Of a DNA stretch of 64,000 nucleotides, positions 48,397 through 58,352 are shown piece by piece. Numbering within the stretch: the first letter of the stretch is position 1; every line of letters starts with the position of its first letter. A program made the position numbers and the translations under genes. The stretch is from the IMG/VR virus record IMGVR_UViG_3300031949_000008, positions 1 to 64,000 of that record; one strand, 5' to 3'. The notes under the pieces were generated by a model. The model was not told the origin of the DNA. It saw only the letters and a program-made list of their open reading frames with translations, and ran no database searches. Source of the DNA: a virus.

Positions 48397-49986
48397 TTAC
48401 GTTGGATTCTGATAATTTCTTTCGAGAGCGGAAACTAATGAAATTGAATTAGCTGTAGTTCGTGCAATAGTTCCAGTAGTTTTAACAAATTGAGAACCAC
48501 TTAATCCTAATGCCACAGCTGTTATTGGTGCATCTGATCCAGATGTTCTGCCGCCTTGTATATTTGAATCATATTCAAATGTTAACTGTACAGATGACCT
48601 ACTGGAAAGTAATTCTGACATATTCTCTGTAATCGTTCCACCAATATCAGCAGTATATGCCTCATCACCAGCACAACTTAGATATGTAAATACAACAGAA
48701 CTTGGAGTAGAAACTACAACATGAACACCGTTATATGCAGAACCACCAACACTTGCAATTTCAATACCATCACTTGCAGATAATCCATGTGCTGCAGCAG
48801 CTGTAATACTAGTTGTACCAGAACTTCTTGCACGAGCACTAGTACCGACAGTCTCTGCAGTATTTACTAGTATTGCATCACTATCTCCATAATCACCACT
48901 AGGAATACTAGTAAAATATACCCAATATTTTGCTGTTGTATCATTTACTAAATTTTCTCCAAAATTCACAGCCAATACAGCTGTATATGGAAATGTTCTT
49001 TCTGTTTGAGTATCATCAACAAATACTAACCTATTAATATCTGCACTTTGGAAATTATCAATATATGTTCCACCTGTTGGTGTAATTGTATAGAATTCTG
49101 TATACATTGTATCACCAACAAACCGTAGCAAATCAGGTGCAGTCTTTCCAATTTGAGTACCAGCACCAATATCAATATCAGAATCAAGTATTAATAAATA
49201 ATGTACTCTTTGATATATCTCTTCGGCTGTAAGTTGTGCACCATCTATAATCACATGAAAATCTCTATTAGTACCACCAATATCCCGTTGCTGTGCTGCA
49301 GCATACCATGTTATTGAACTATCTGTATAAGGTGCGCCTGACATAGAAGATGCTGCTAAAGTAACTTTAATATCTGTTGCATTAGATAAAGGAAAACGAT
49401 AAGCTTGATATGTTAATGTAGTAACACCAATATCATCTAATTCAGATGCTTCATATGATTTACCCCATGTACGACAAAATAATTTAAGATATGTTCGATA
49501 ATCAAATACTCCAGGTACTCCACCAGATGAATAAACACAGATTCCTTCATTTACTGGGCCAGTTAATTGAAAATTTACAGCAGCACTACCAGCTTCTGTT
49601 GCAGCTCCTTGTTGAAAATATACTTGATCAGCAGCGCCTAAACTTCCTAATGTTACAATACCTGCCCATTCCTGTTCAGATATACCAGTAGTATTTTTCT
49701 TGGCCCAACCACCAGTACGTAATAAATATCTTGTAGTATTATCAGCCCAATCCCATGCATTAATCATTTCAAATTGTTCATCGGTAATTGGCCCCATAGG
49801 AAAGGTATATTTAATATAAGTCTCATTAGATTTCCACAGTTCTTTAAGTTTAGAGTAAACACATTTTATTGTTACTCCATCTGTAGAAAGATTTCCAGCT
49901 ACAAGTAATTGTATAGTTTTACTGCCTGGAGTTATTACAATTTCTGTTCCATCATTTAATTGATCAGGATCTGTTATTAAAGGCAT
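48397..49986 (-). CDS. Putative tail/virion structural protein
   Basis: Thr/Gly/Ser-rich beta protein with an AHGL...YNG...FTY module; late-gene context. Confidence 0.6.
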   Translation of the reverse strand: MPLITDPDQLNDGTEIVITPGSKTIQLLVAGNLSTDGVTIKCVYSKLKELWKSNETYIKYTFPMGPITDEQFEMINAWDWADNTTRYLLRTGGWAKKNTTGISEQEWAGIVTLGSLGAADQVYFQQGAATEAGSAAVNFQLTGPVNEGICVYSSGGVPGVFDYRTYLKLFCRTWGKSYEASELDDIGVTTLTYQAYRFPLSNATDIKVTLAASSMSGAPYTDSSITWYAAAQQRDIGGTNRDFHVIIDGAQLTAEEIYQRVHYLLILDSDIDIGAGTQIGKTAPDLLRFVGDTMYTEFYTITPTGGTYIDNFQSADINRLVFVDDTQTERTFPYTAVLAVNFGENLVNDTTAKYWVYFTSIPSGDYGDSDAILVNTAETVGTSARARSSGTTSITAAAAHGLSASDGIEIASVGGSAYNGVHVVVSTPSSVVFTYLSCAGDEAYTADIGGTITENMSELLSSRSSVQLTFEYDSNIQGGRTSGSDAPITAVALGLSGSQFVKTTGTIARTTANSISLVSALERNYQNPT

Positions 49987-50001
49987 CTTTTATGTCACTC
50001 C

Positions 50002-51561
50002 TTAAGGATTTTGATATTGTCTATCTATTTGTTGTGCAATAGGCAAGCTAGAATTAGCATCTAATAATAAATAATCTTCTACACGATAATATTCATAATC
50101 TACTTTATATACAACAATATCTACATATGTACTTGCAGAATAAGTATAACTATATTGAAAAGTTGTATCAGAACTTTCACTTCCACCCAATTCAGTTGGA
50201 GGTGGGCCTGATTGATCAAAAATACGAACTTCACTACCAGAAACTATACCGGTTAAAGTTAGAGTTCGTTGGCCAGTAACTATTTGGGTTGTAGCACCTG
50301 AACCATTTCTATATGATGGTACATCTCCTCCATCAATAGTCAATTTTACGTGTTGTCCAGAGTTATTATAAATTGATTCATTACCACTAGTTCCACTAAC
50401 ACCAGTTCCACCAGCAACATAATTAGAATATGTTAATCCTGTTAATACATAAGCAGCACTTGCACCTAATGTTGGAATTTCTAGTGCATGATTACTTCCA
50501 TCTGATATAAATGAGGTATTAGAAATTAATCCTGGATTATCAGATAAGATAGATCGTGAATCACGTGTGTTATCAAAAAGACATCCATTAAGTGTTGCAC
50601 CACTTTGATATACAGATGCACATCGATTCATTGTAGTTGAATATATTGTACTATTTGACTGTAATGAAAATGTATCCATATCAGTAAATACACAGCCAGT
50701 CATTTGAATAGTTGCATTATCAATCGCAGATAATGCTCCTCTAGACACAGTGCCTAATGCTGTAAAGTTTATATTCTTCCAGCCTATACTAGATGTAGCC
50801 TCGCGCATATCAATACGATTAAATCCAGATGTAACTTTTCTAGTATTTGCTATAACTATATTTTTATTTTCATCATAGAAATTAATAGCACTAGTTCCAT
50901 AGCCTAATGTCATTAATCCAAACCATTGGTATCCACCAGATATAGATTGGAATATACCCCACCTATTAGATACATAATCTGCGCTAGTTGCGAATCCTGA
51001 AAATGTACATTGATTGCCTACTTCTCCATTGCTAAGGCGCATTTCGCCCCGACCATAACGCAGTCCATCTATGCCATGAGGTGCGCCTTTTAATGTACTA
51101 ACAACATTCGCCAATGAGCCAAACCACTGATTAGTACTTGTTGGTGATCCACCTGTTATTTCTGGTGTGACTGATCGGCATACAGGAATACATTCCCAAC
51201 CACCATATTGATATGTATCAGAACCTCTTATAATCCAACCAAAGGTATTCGCTTGGCTACTGCCAATTAATACAGATCGGCCACTACTGGTCTCTGTTTG
51301 TATATTATTAGGTGCACCAAAATAATACCAACCAATAACTGCATCATCAGCATTAAGGGTGATGCCAGTAACATTATTATATACTATGCCACAGAAACCT
51401 GCACCAACAGCTTGTGCAATACATGAAGCACCTTGTATAAAATAGTCAGTTTCAACGGCTGGAATACCACCAGCTTTCCATGTTGAATGTTCAACCCATG
51501 TACCAAGAACTTCACCTAAACTTATCTCTGTTAAATCATTAGAATAGTAAGGTACAGCCAA
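50002..51561 (-). CDS. Putative tail spike/fibre-like protein
   Basis: Gly/Ser/Thr-rich with beta-helix-like repeats; C-terminus RQYQNP parallels the neighbour's RNYQNP. Confidence 0.6.
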   Translation of the reverse strand: MAVPYYSNDLTEISLGEVLGTWVEHSTWKAGGIPAVETDYFIQGASCIAQAVGAGFCGIVYNNVTGITLNADDAVIGWYYFGAPNNIQTETSSGRSVLIGSSQANTFGWIIRGSDTYQYGGWECIPVCRSVTPEITGGSPTSTNQWFGSLANVVSTLKGAPHGIDGLRYGRGEMRLSNGEVGNQCTFSGFATSADYVSNRWGIFQSISGGYQWFGLMTLGYGTSAINFYDENKNIVIANTRKVTSGFNRIDMREATSSIGWKNINFTALGTVSRGALSAIDNATIQMTGCVFTDMDTFSLQSNSTIYSTTMNRCASVYQSGATLNGCLFDNTRDSRSILSDNPGLISNTSFISDGSNHALEIPTLGASAAYVLTGLTYSNYVAGGTGVSGTSGNESIYNNSGQHVKLTIDGGDVPSYRNGSGATTQIVTGQRTLTLTGIVSGSEVRIFDQSGPPPTELGGSESSDTTFQYSYTYSASTYVDIVVYKVDYEYYRVEDYLLLDANSSLPIAQQIDRQYQNP

Positions 51562-51894
51562 TTAGTCTGTTATCTCCTTTTCAGTGTTATCAAAATAATA
51601 ACAGCCAGCCACTATATCTGCAGTACTTGGTGGATAAGCTTTACAAATCGCTGGACGTTTTTCATAGATTAAACATCTACTTCTATCCTTAGATAAATAA
51701 GGACATGGCCCCATAAATAGAATTAATTGTCCATTATCCATCCTTTCCACACGAGACGCCCCGACTCTTCGCATAGCAAATTCTGCTTCTGCATTAGTCA
51801 TTAATGGATCTAAACGAATCCATGTGATCAAACAACAATTACCACATCTTTTACAAGTTCCTTCAGATTTCTTTTCTTCCATTATAATAGCCAT
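51562..51894 (-). CDS. YkgJ-family (CxxCxxCC) Fe-S/Zn cluster protein
   Basis: CKRCGNCC...CPYL...CLIYEKRPAICKAYP. Confidence 0.85.
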   Translation of the reverse strand: MAIIMEEKKSEGTCKRCGNCCLITWIRLDPLMTNAEAEFAMRRVGASRVERMDNGQLILFMGPCPYLSKDRSRCLIYEKRPAICKAYPPSTADIVAGCYYFDNTEKEITD

Positions 51895-51905
51895 TATAAC
51901 GCCTT

Positions 51906-51930
51906 AGTTAGGCGGATCATCCGCCTAACT
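51906..51930. repeat. 11-bp perfect inverted repeat (hairpin)
   Basis: AGTTAGGCGGA-TCA-TCCGCCTAACT overlapping the stop of the 82-aa gene; no U tract. Confidence 0.6.
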
Positions 51931-52165
51931 TGAAGACAATATTAAAATAATCATATGTTAATATTGTTCGATTAGTCCATGCGGTGATATATGGAGATGC
52001 GTTACTTCCACGACAATATCTTACTTCCACGACAATATCTATATCTGTTACTTTTATAATATACCAATTTCCAATTCCATCTAAATATCCATAGTATTCT
52101 GGTGAAGATATTGAATCCATATCTGATATTGCGTAACCATCTTTAATAAATAATTGTTTTGACAT
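51917..52165 (-). CDS. Hypothetical virion-associated protein
   Basis: YYGY..GNWYI...WTNR..L.Y pattern; context. Confidence 0.55.
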   Translation of the reverse strand: MSKQLFIKDGYAISDMDSISSPEYYGYLDGIGNWYIIKVTDIDIVVEVRYCRGSNASPYITAWTNRTILTYDYFNIVFKLGG

Positions 52166-52197
52166 GTCACAAAATCCTTGCTCAAACTACTTATATA
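52165..52197 (+). promoter_or_regulatory. Phage promoter motif TGTCACA-N15-CTACTTATATA, antisense to virion genes
   Basis: Same spacing, one mismatch; + strand within the - strand operon. Confidence 0.6.
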
Positions 52198-52224
52198 AGT
52201 GAAAACTGAGTGAAACGAAAGTAT

Positions 52225-52467
52225 TCACTTTATAAACAATTTAATAAATATAGCCGTACAGACACTAGCAATAATACCCATCATAGCACCCCACATAGAT
52301 GCCTTTGTTTTTAAAACAGCTTGATCTATAACACATAAATCCAATTTAGTATCTATATGTACAAGAGCTGTTTTAAGTTCTTGATGTACTATATCATTAG
52401 TATTTAATCGTTCTACAATCTGTCCTAATATATAATTAAGATCTTTACTAAGGTCTTTATCTTCCAT
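52225..52467 (-). CDS. Coiled-coil protein with C-terminal TM (XhlA/holin-like)
   Basis: Heptad pattern plus C-terminal hydrophobic helix. Confidence 0.55.
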   Translation of the reverse strand: MEDKDLSKDLNYILGQIVERLNTNDIVHQELKTALVHIDTKLDLCVIDQAVLKTKASMWGAMMGIIASVCTAIFIKLFIK

Positions 52468-52469
52468 AT

Positions 52470-55400
52470 TTATTCACTTTCTGATTCAGTCTGTGGCGCT
52501 GCAGACCACATGGAACGTTCAGCAATAGTTTCTATTTTGCCAAACTTATTAGGCATTAAAAATTGATTTAATTCATCTACACGCTTCTGCATAGGTGCTC
52601 TAAGATGTTTTGGAAGTCTTTCTATCTGTGATTCCAGGTATGTCTTAGTTTTGTGTATTCTATGATACTTATATAGTTCTGAATAAGTTATTACTACATT
52701 ATGGTCTTTAGCAGATTGAAACATCTTTCGAACATCTTCCATACTACCTTTATCCAGAGCTTTAATACCTTTAAGGACTAAATCTTGTTTCTCTTTCTGA
52801 TATTCGTCTGCTTGATCTCTCATTTGTTGAGTCAAATCATAGACATGTCTAGGGCCTACAAATGGCATACCCATAAGATCCATCATAGCAATAAGTGGAC
52901 TTGTTTCCATAACTTCTAATTCACGTTTTCCTGCTACTTTATATCCTCTCTCTAAATCAGTGAATGTCTTCAAAACTTTCTTACCATATCTAAATTGTGG
53001 TACTGAAAGAATTCCTGCTGCATTTATAACGTCATCAGAACCCTTTGACCTATCTTGTTCAGTCTGGCCAAATGTCATATTATATGTACCTTTCATCAAA
53101 TCCCAGGGTACGGAGAATAATTTTACTGGCATTAAACCCACACCAAAAATAGAACCAACATCCAATCCTAATTGAGCTAAAGCTGTTGCTATTGTTAATT
53201 GAAATCCCATATATAATGCAAATCGAGTTGTTTTAGCAATATCACCACTTTTAAGTCCATCTGTTAATCCTCGTGCAATAAATTGTACAGTATTTGCTGG
53301 GTAAGACCAGAAAATAGTACTTATTTTAGCCAGTGGGCCTCTAGTAAGAGGATTTCGCATAACTTTAGAATATCCATATTGAGACTGAATAGTATGCTTA
53401 AAAGCATTCCAATATGCATCAGGAATGACTAAATCAGGCACACCTTCCATTGCTCTAAGTAGTCCTAATCTAACACCTTTCTCAAAACTCAAACCTTTTT
53501 CTCCAGCTTCACTTAAAGCTGATTGAAAAGCCAAAAATTTATTGAAATGTTCAGTTGCTCGCATTGGTGTAAGTGCCATATCAGCAACCCAATTATAAAA
53601 AGCACCAGTTTTTGCTAAAGACCCTTCGGCTTTACCCCATCTACCTTTAAGAGTTTTAGCAACAGGTTCACCTTCATAGTATTCTTCTGCACCAAGTAAG
53701 ATATCAAACATTCTACGATCTTCTGTTGAGCCTTTTTTGAAAAAGCCCTTAAATTCTTTATCTGTTATCATTGAATGCAACCCCTTAGCAAATGCACCTG
53801 GACCCTCATTTACAAGTGTTTGTACTGATTGCATAATATTACGAATAGCAGTATCTGGACCTAATGCTCCACGTGCAACCTGACCAGATATCTTGCCAGC
53901 CATCCAAGTTGGAAAATTAGGATTAATAACATCTTTTCCAATCAAACCATTTAATCTTTCTGTTTCTTGACTAAGCCAACGAGCACCTACTGTACGGGTT
54001 CCAAGTGCTTGTTTTACCTGACGTTCCATATACCAACGAACTGATCTAGGTATATCACCACGTGGATAAGCATTCATTATAGGAGCAGCTTCATGTTTCA
54101 TTAATGCATCTGCTTCTTTATTAATCATAGTATAGATATATTGTCTTAATACTTCTTGTGCGTCATATTTAAATAATAGTATATCTCCACCTGTTCTTGC
54201 TTGTAAATGCTGATTGAATGTCTTTTTACTTGTTCGTTCTTGAACATCAGAAGGTAAAAATGCCCATTCATCATAGATACCTTCATGCTGTAGAACATCA
54301 TATCTTATTCTATTCTTCTCATAACTTGAGAGATTATTCCAAGAGTCTTTTCTTATTATAGATTTTATTTCATTAAACTCTGCGTCTTCTAACATAGATT
54401 TACCTGCCACAATATATCTATCTGGAATACCTTTAGAATTTGTATCTTTATTATAAGGTCTATTATTCTCAATATTACTCCACATCCCTCTTATTTTCTT
54501 ATAAGTATTCTCCATATCTGCAATTAGGGGGAAATATTTATTAATAAAGAATCCACGTTCTCGTAAATCATGCATATCACCAAATGTATCCAAAAATTTT
54601 ACAATTTCTTGTTTTGCTTCAATAATTAATGGATTATTAGAGGCATTTATACGTGCTTTAGAATAACCTTTAGTTTCAGCAATAAATTCATTGCCTAAAG
54701 CTTCTCGTAATGCTTTTGCATTAGGTTGTGCATTAATCTTTGCAAAAATCTTATTTAATCGACTATCCTCACCATAAACTAATTTTTCTTTTAAATATCG
54801 CTTCACCATTTCAGTTTTTATGGTTAATTCCTGTAATTTAACTATATCTGGATTAGCATTGGCCATACTTTGTCCAAGAATATCAGTTGGTTTTACCATA
54901 GGAACTTCGCCTTTAGCAATTGCTGCGGCTGCATTTGGGTCTGTTTGTGCTACTGCTTGAGTTATCTTTGCTTGAGTTTCGACTTGTTTTATCTCATTAG
55001 TTTTAGTTATTTTTGATATTCTTCCAAGTTCTTGTTCCATCTGTTCTGCATGCATAGCAGTTATTTCTCGTTCTTTGAGTTTTAATGTATCTGCATCCAT
55101 TATATCTTTCATTGCAGAAGACACATTTTCTCTAGAAATACTTTTATTAGCACCTTTTCTAGCCGCAAAAGTCTGATAAATTGCTACAGTTTTGGCTCTT
55201 AGACGCTGACCCATCTCCTTCAATAAGTCAATATCTATACCACTTCTTAACTTTATACCATCAGATATACCTTTACCTTGATTTGCATAGTAAGTTTCTA
55301 TAGTTTTTGAAAATTGTTCTTTAAAAAATTCTGATTGAGGAATACTTAATGTTTCAGGTAATATAGATCTTACAGGTTTATTTAAATGTTTATCAGTTAT

Positions 55401-58343
55401 AATAACTTCTGCTACAACCTTTAAATTTGTATCACCAGGAAGTGGTGTTTTACCATCTTCTGTGGTAATAAATTGGAATTTATCAATCTTATCAGATATA
55501 TTTGTTTTTACAACAATACCGCCATTATCATCTTTTATAAGTGTAGCTAGTTTTTCTTCACCACCAAGTTTAACTCCAGCTCGTTTCTTCTCATTCGCTA
55601 TATTATGTCGTCGTTGAGCAATTTCTCTAATAACCTTATTTCGTTCATTTTGAATAGTGTTTAAATCTAATCTATCAACATTACCAATTGCTACTAATGG
55701 TTTTAATTCCTCAATTTTCTTATCAACTCTTGCCAATCTTGAATTTAATTTGGTAAGTTCAGGATCACTCATAGGATCTTGTGAGATAGTTTTATTAAAT
55801 GTCTGTGCAGCCTTGGTTTCGCCTTTATCAATAGTTTCTCCAAGTTTAGTAATTTCACCAATATGTTCAGCTATATATTTCTTATGTGAATCAACCATTT
55901 GCTGCATATCAGCCTTAGTTAACTTTTGAAATATTGAAGAATCAGGATCAATTTCCATCCATAAAGCTGCTGATCTAACTTCTGCTGGTGTGAATCCAGG
56001 ACTTGTTGGCTTTATATTCTCTTTGATAGGTGCTGCTTCTTCTGGCGATGCACCAAGAATAGTAGCTAATGTCTTATCTTCTGCTGTAAAAATAAGTAAC
56101 TTACCAGTAGGTGTAAGAGTAGCTTTCTGAGGAGTTATATTCTTATCAACAATCTTTTTTAAATCTTCATCTGAAAGTGTAGCTAAATCTAATCTTCGTC
56201 TTGGCCATAACTTCTCCGCCTTATCTATGAGTGCTGCATGCTCAGGTGAAGTGATATTTGTCTCTTCAGGAGCTTTCATTATTTCTTCTAATTGTTTTGC
56301 AGTAGTCTTCTTCCTACTTACTGCCTTTTCAGGAACTGAAGGTTTCACTTCTGAAATAATTTCTTTAGGAGGTAATTTTTCTAACTCAGCTTTAATCCAA
56401 TCTAACTTTATATTGAGATCATCAGGTGTTATACCTTTCTTATCAACAGTTAGATAAGTTTCAATATCTTTTGCAATAAGAGTTTTATCTCCAAGTAATT
56501 CAGCAATCTTTGTTTTTATTTCTTTTCGTTTGGTTGTATCTTTTTCTTTCTTATAATCTAACCATAAATTCTTTGCTTCTTCACGTTTAACAGATGCTTG
56601 CGCTTTAACTGGTTTAATTGGTCCTACTTGTTTAGCTTTTACTTCAGCTTCTAATACATGGGTCGCCAACGATTTACCTTTAGGCAATAATGGAAGATTA
56701 ATAGTTTCAAAGAATGTTGTAGCTTGAGTAGGAATAGTAATTCCACGTTCCTGCAATAATTTAGCAGTCTTCTTTGCCTCAGCTATACCAACCTGAAATT
56801 TAAATCTTAATTGACTAACTAATGTCTTATCAAGAGGTTTAGTCATATCAACTTTAGGTTTGCCTATTTTCTCTTCTAAAATAGATACCTTGGCTTCACT
56901 TATGGCAATGTTCTTCTCAATCTCTTCTATTTTAGCTGGTTTTGTTAATTCAGTAACAGTCTTCACTGTGGCTTTCTTAGTCAAGATATCAATCATAGCA
57001 TCTCGATCTAAAGTACCAGGATCTAAACCAGTTTCTCTAAATTTAGTCTTAATTTCATCAGTTGTTATACCCTGGAAAGGTTCCATCAATTTTTCAACAT
57101 CAACACGACCAGGAAGTAATTTAGTTTTTAAATGTTCTACAATTGCAGCAGTTTTAACTGGATCAGCAGCTAAATCTTCTACTGTAGCTCCGCCTTTAGT
57201 AACAGGTTGTTCAATAACTGGTTCTTTTACAATATCAGTTAATGTCATAGCACCAGAAATTGGATCTATTTTAACTGTCTTAGAATTATGTGCTGGATCA
57301 TTGGTAATGGCTATTTTAACTTCAATAGACATAGCGCCTATATCTTTATCAGTAAATCCACGACTTGTTAATATCTTATTATAGATAAGTGTTTCAGGAT
57401 CAATAATAGTGCGTATCTGTAAAGGAAGTCCTAATTGACCAGTGGTTTCACCTACTGTAGTACCAGGAACTTCAATAGCTCTCTTCTCTTGTAAAGGAAG
57501 ATTTAACTGATCTAGTGTTGGAATAGTTGTAGCGGCCACAGGTTCTGGAGGAGTATATTTCTCTTTATTTCTTACTACCTCTCTTGCTCGTTTAATAGAT
57601 GCAATAGACTTAATTGCTTCATTTGAATATCCTAATTTATGTAATTGATTTGATAAGTTATGTGGTAGTCGTGGTCCAATTGCACGCATACCAGCCATAG
57701 TCAAACCAGTAATAGCCAATTCTTCAGGTCTAGTTTCACCTGCCAATGCTTGAACACCAGCAGCTCCACCACCTAATAAAGCCATACCTGCTTTACGAGG
57801 TAACCGACCGGCTCCTGCAAATAAACCACCTGTTACAGCTCCAGCTAATCCAGCTTTTGCAATATCTCCTGGAGGTGCACCTTGGCCCCATGCAGTCGCA
57901 GCTTCTATACCACCAATCACCGGAATCGCAGCTAAAGCCGCAGCTCCACCTGTTAGACCTGTTAAAGCAAGAGGAATACCATATTTTGGTAATCCAATAA
58001 GCAAACCACCAAATACTTGACCAAATTTTGCTGCTAATGTATCAGGATTTTGAAAATCTTGAGGTTCAACTGCTTCAGCAAGACGAGCAAATATATCAGT
58101 TCTAACAGGATTAACACCTTGTCTAATTGCAGCATTATTAAGAGCATCAGTAACTTTATTCAATACTCTTGGTAAATCTGCAAGTCCTGATCTAACTTCA
58201 TTAATTGCAGCACTAGATAAATCCTTGAAAAATCCACCTGTTTCTTGTTGAGGAATATAAGCTTCTAAACCAACTGGAGGTGTACCTTGCGGTAATTGTA
58301 ACTTAGATTGTAAATCCTGTGCAAGATCAATTGTCTCTGCCAT
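52470..58343 (-). CDS. Large internal virion/DNA-ejection protein (1957 aa)
   Basis: Size, Gly/Ala-rich hydrophobic N-terminus, third of three ejection-like genes after the tail tubular gene. Confidence 0.6.
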   Translation of the reverse strand: MAETIDLAQDLQSKLQLPQGTPPVGLEAYIPQQETGGFFKDLSSAAINEVRSGLADLPRVLNKVTDALNNAAIRQGVNPVRTDIFARLAEAVEPQDFQNPDTLAAKFGQVFGGLLIGLPKYGIPLALTGLTGGAAALAAIPVIGGIEAATAWGQGAPPGDIAKAGLAGAVTGGLFAGAGRLPRKAGMALLGGGAAGVQALAGETRPEELAITGLTMAGMRAIGPRLPHNLSNQLHKLGYSNEAIKSIASIKRAREVVRNKEKYTPPEPVAATTIPTLDQLNLPLQEKRAIEVPGTTVGETTGQLGLPLQIRTIIDPETLIYNKILTSRGFTDKDIGAMSIEVKIAITNDPAHNSKTVKIDPISGAMTLTDIVKEPVIEQPVTKGGATVEDLAADPVKTAAIVEHLKTKLLPGRVDVEKLMEPFQGITTDEIKTKFRETGLDPGTLDRDAMIDILTKKATVKTVTELTKPAKIEEIEKNIAISEAKVSILEEKIGKPKVDMTKPLDKTLVSQLRFKFQVGIAEAKKTAKLLQERGITIPTQATTFFETINLPLLPKGKSLATHVLEAEVKAKQVGPIKPVKAQASVKREEAKNLWLDYKKEKDTTKRKEIKTKIAELLGDKTLIAKDIETYLTVDKKGITPDDLNIKLDWIKAELEKLPPKEIISEVKPSVPEKAVSRKKTTAKQLEEIMKAPEETNITSPEHAALIDKAEKLWPRRRLDLATLSDEDLKKIVDKNITPQKATLTPTGKLLIFTAEDKTLATILGASPEEAAPIKENIKPTSPGFTPAEVRSAALWMEIDPDSSIFQKLTKADMQQMVDSHKKYIAEHIGEITKLGETIDKGETKAAQTFNKTISQDPMSDPELTKLNSRLARVDKKIEELKPLVAIGNVDRLDLNTIQNERNKVIREIAQRRHNIANEKKRAGVKLGGEEKLATLIKDDNGGIVVKTNISDKIDKFQFITTEDGKTPLPGDTNLKVVAEVIITDKHLNKPVRSILPETLSIPQSEFFKEQFSKTIETYYANQGKGISDGIKLRSGIDIDLLKEMGQRLRAKTVAIYQTFAARKGANKSISRENVSSAMKDIMDADTLKLKEREITAMHAEQMEQELGRISKITKTNEIKQVETQAKITQAVAQTDPNAAAAIAKGEVPMVKPTDILGQSMANANPDIVKLQELTIKTEMVKRYLKEKLVYGEDSRLNKIFAKINAQPNAKALREALGNEFIAETKGYSKARINASNNPLIIEAKQEIVKFLDTFGDMHDLRERGFFINKYFPLIADMENTYKKIRGMWSNIENNRPYNKDTNSKGIPDRYIVAGKSMLEDAEFNEIKSIIRKDSWNNLSSYEKNRIRYDVLQHEGIYDEWAFLPSDVQERTSKKTFNQHLQARTGGDILLFKYDAQEVLRQYIYTMINKEADALMKHEAAPIMNAYPRGDIPRSVRWYMERQVKQALGTRTVGARWLSQETERLNGLIGKDVINPNFPTWMAGKISGQVARGALGPDTAIRNIMQSVQTLVNEGPGAFAKGLHSMITDKEFKGFFKKGSTEDRRMFDILLGAEEYYEGEPVAKTLKGRWGKAEGSLAKTGAFYNWVADMALTPMRATEHFNKFLAFQSALSEAGEKGLSFEKGVRLGLLRAMEGVPDLVIPDAYWNAFKHTIQSQYGYSKVMRNPLTRGPLAKISTIFWSYPANTVQFIARGLTDGLKSGDIAKTTRFALYMGFQLTIATALAQLGLDVGSIFGVGLMPVKLFSVPWDLMKGTYNMTFGQTEQDRSKGSDDVINAAGILSVPQFRYGKKVLKTFTDLERGYKVAGKRELEVMETSPLIAMMDLMGMPFVGPRHVYDLTQQMRDQADEYQKEKQDLVLKGIKALDKGSMEDVRKMFQSAKDHNVVITYSELYKYHRIHKTKTYLESQIERLPKHLRAPMQKRVDELNQFLMPNKFGKIETIAERSMWSAAPQTESESE

Positions 58344-58352
58344 ATTAATTCC

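Noticed and set aside
52201-52225. CTGAGTGA...CGAAA resembling a hammerhead ribozyme core
   Set aside because: Core spacing is wrong and there is no stem II or supporting stem I/III arrangement.
52470-58343. 1957-aa protein as a virion RNA polymerase
   Set aside because: No recognisable RNAP catalytic motif (DxDGD or T7-type) was found by eye.
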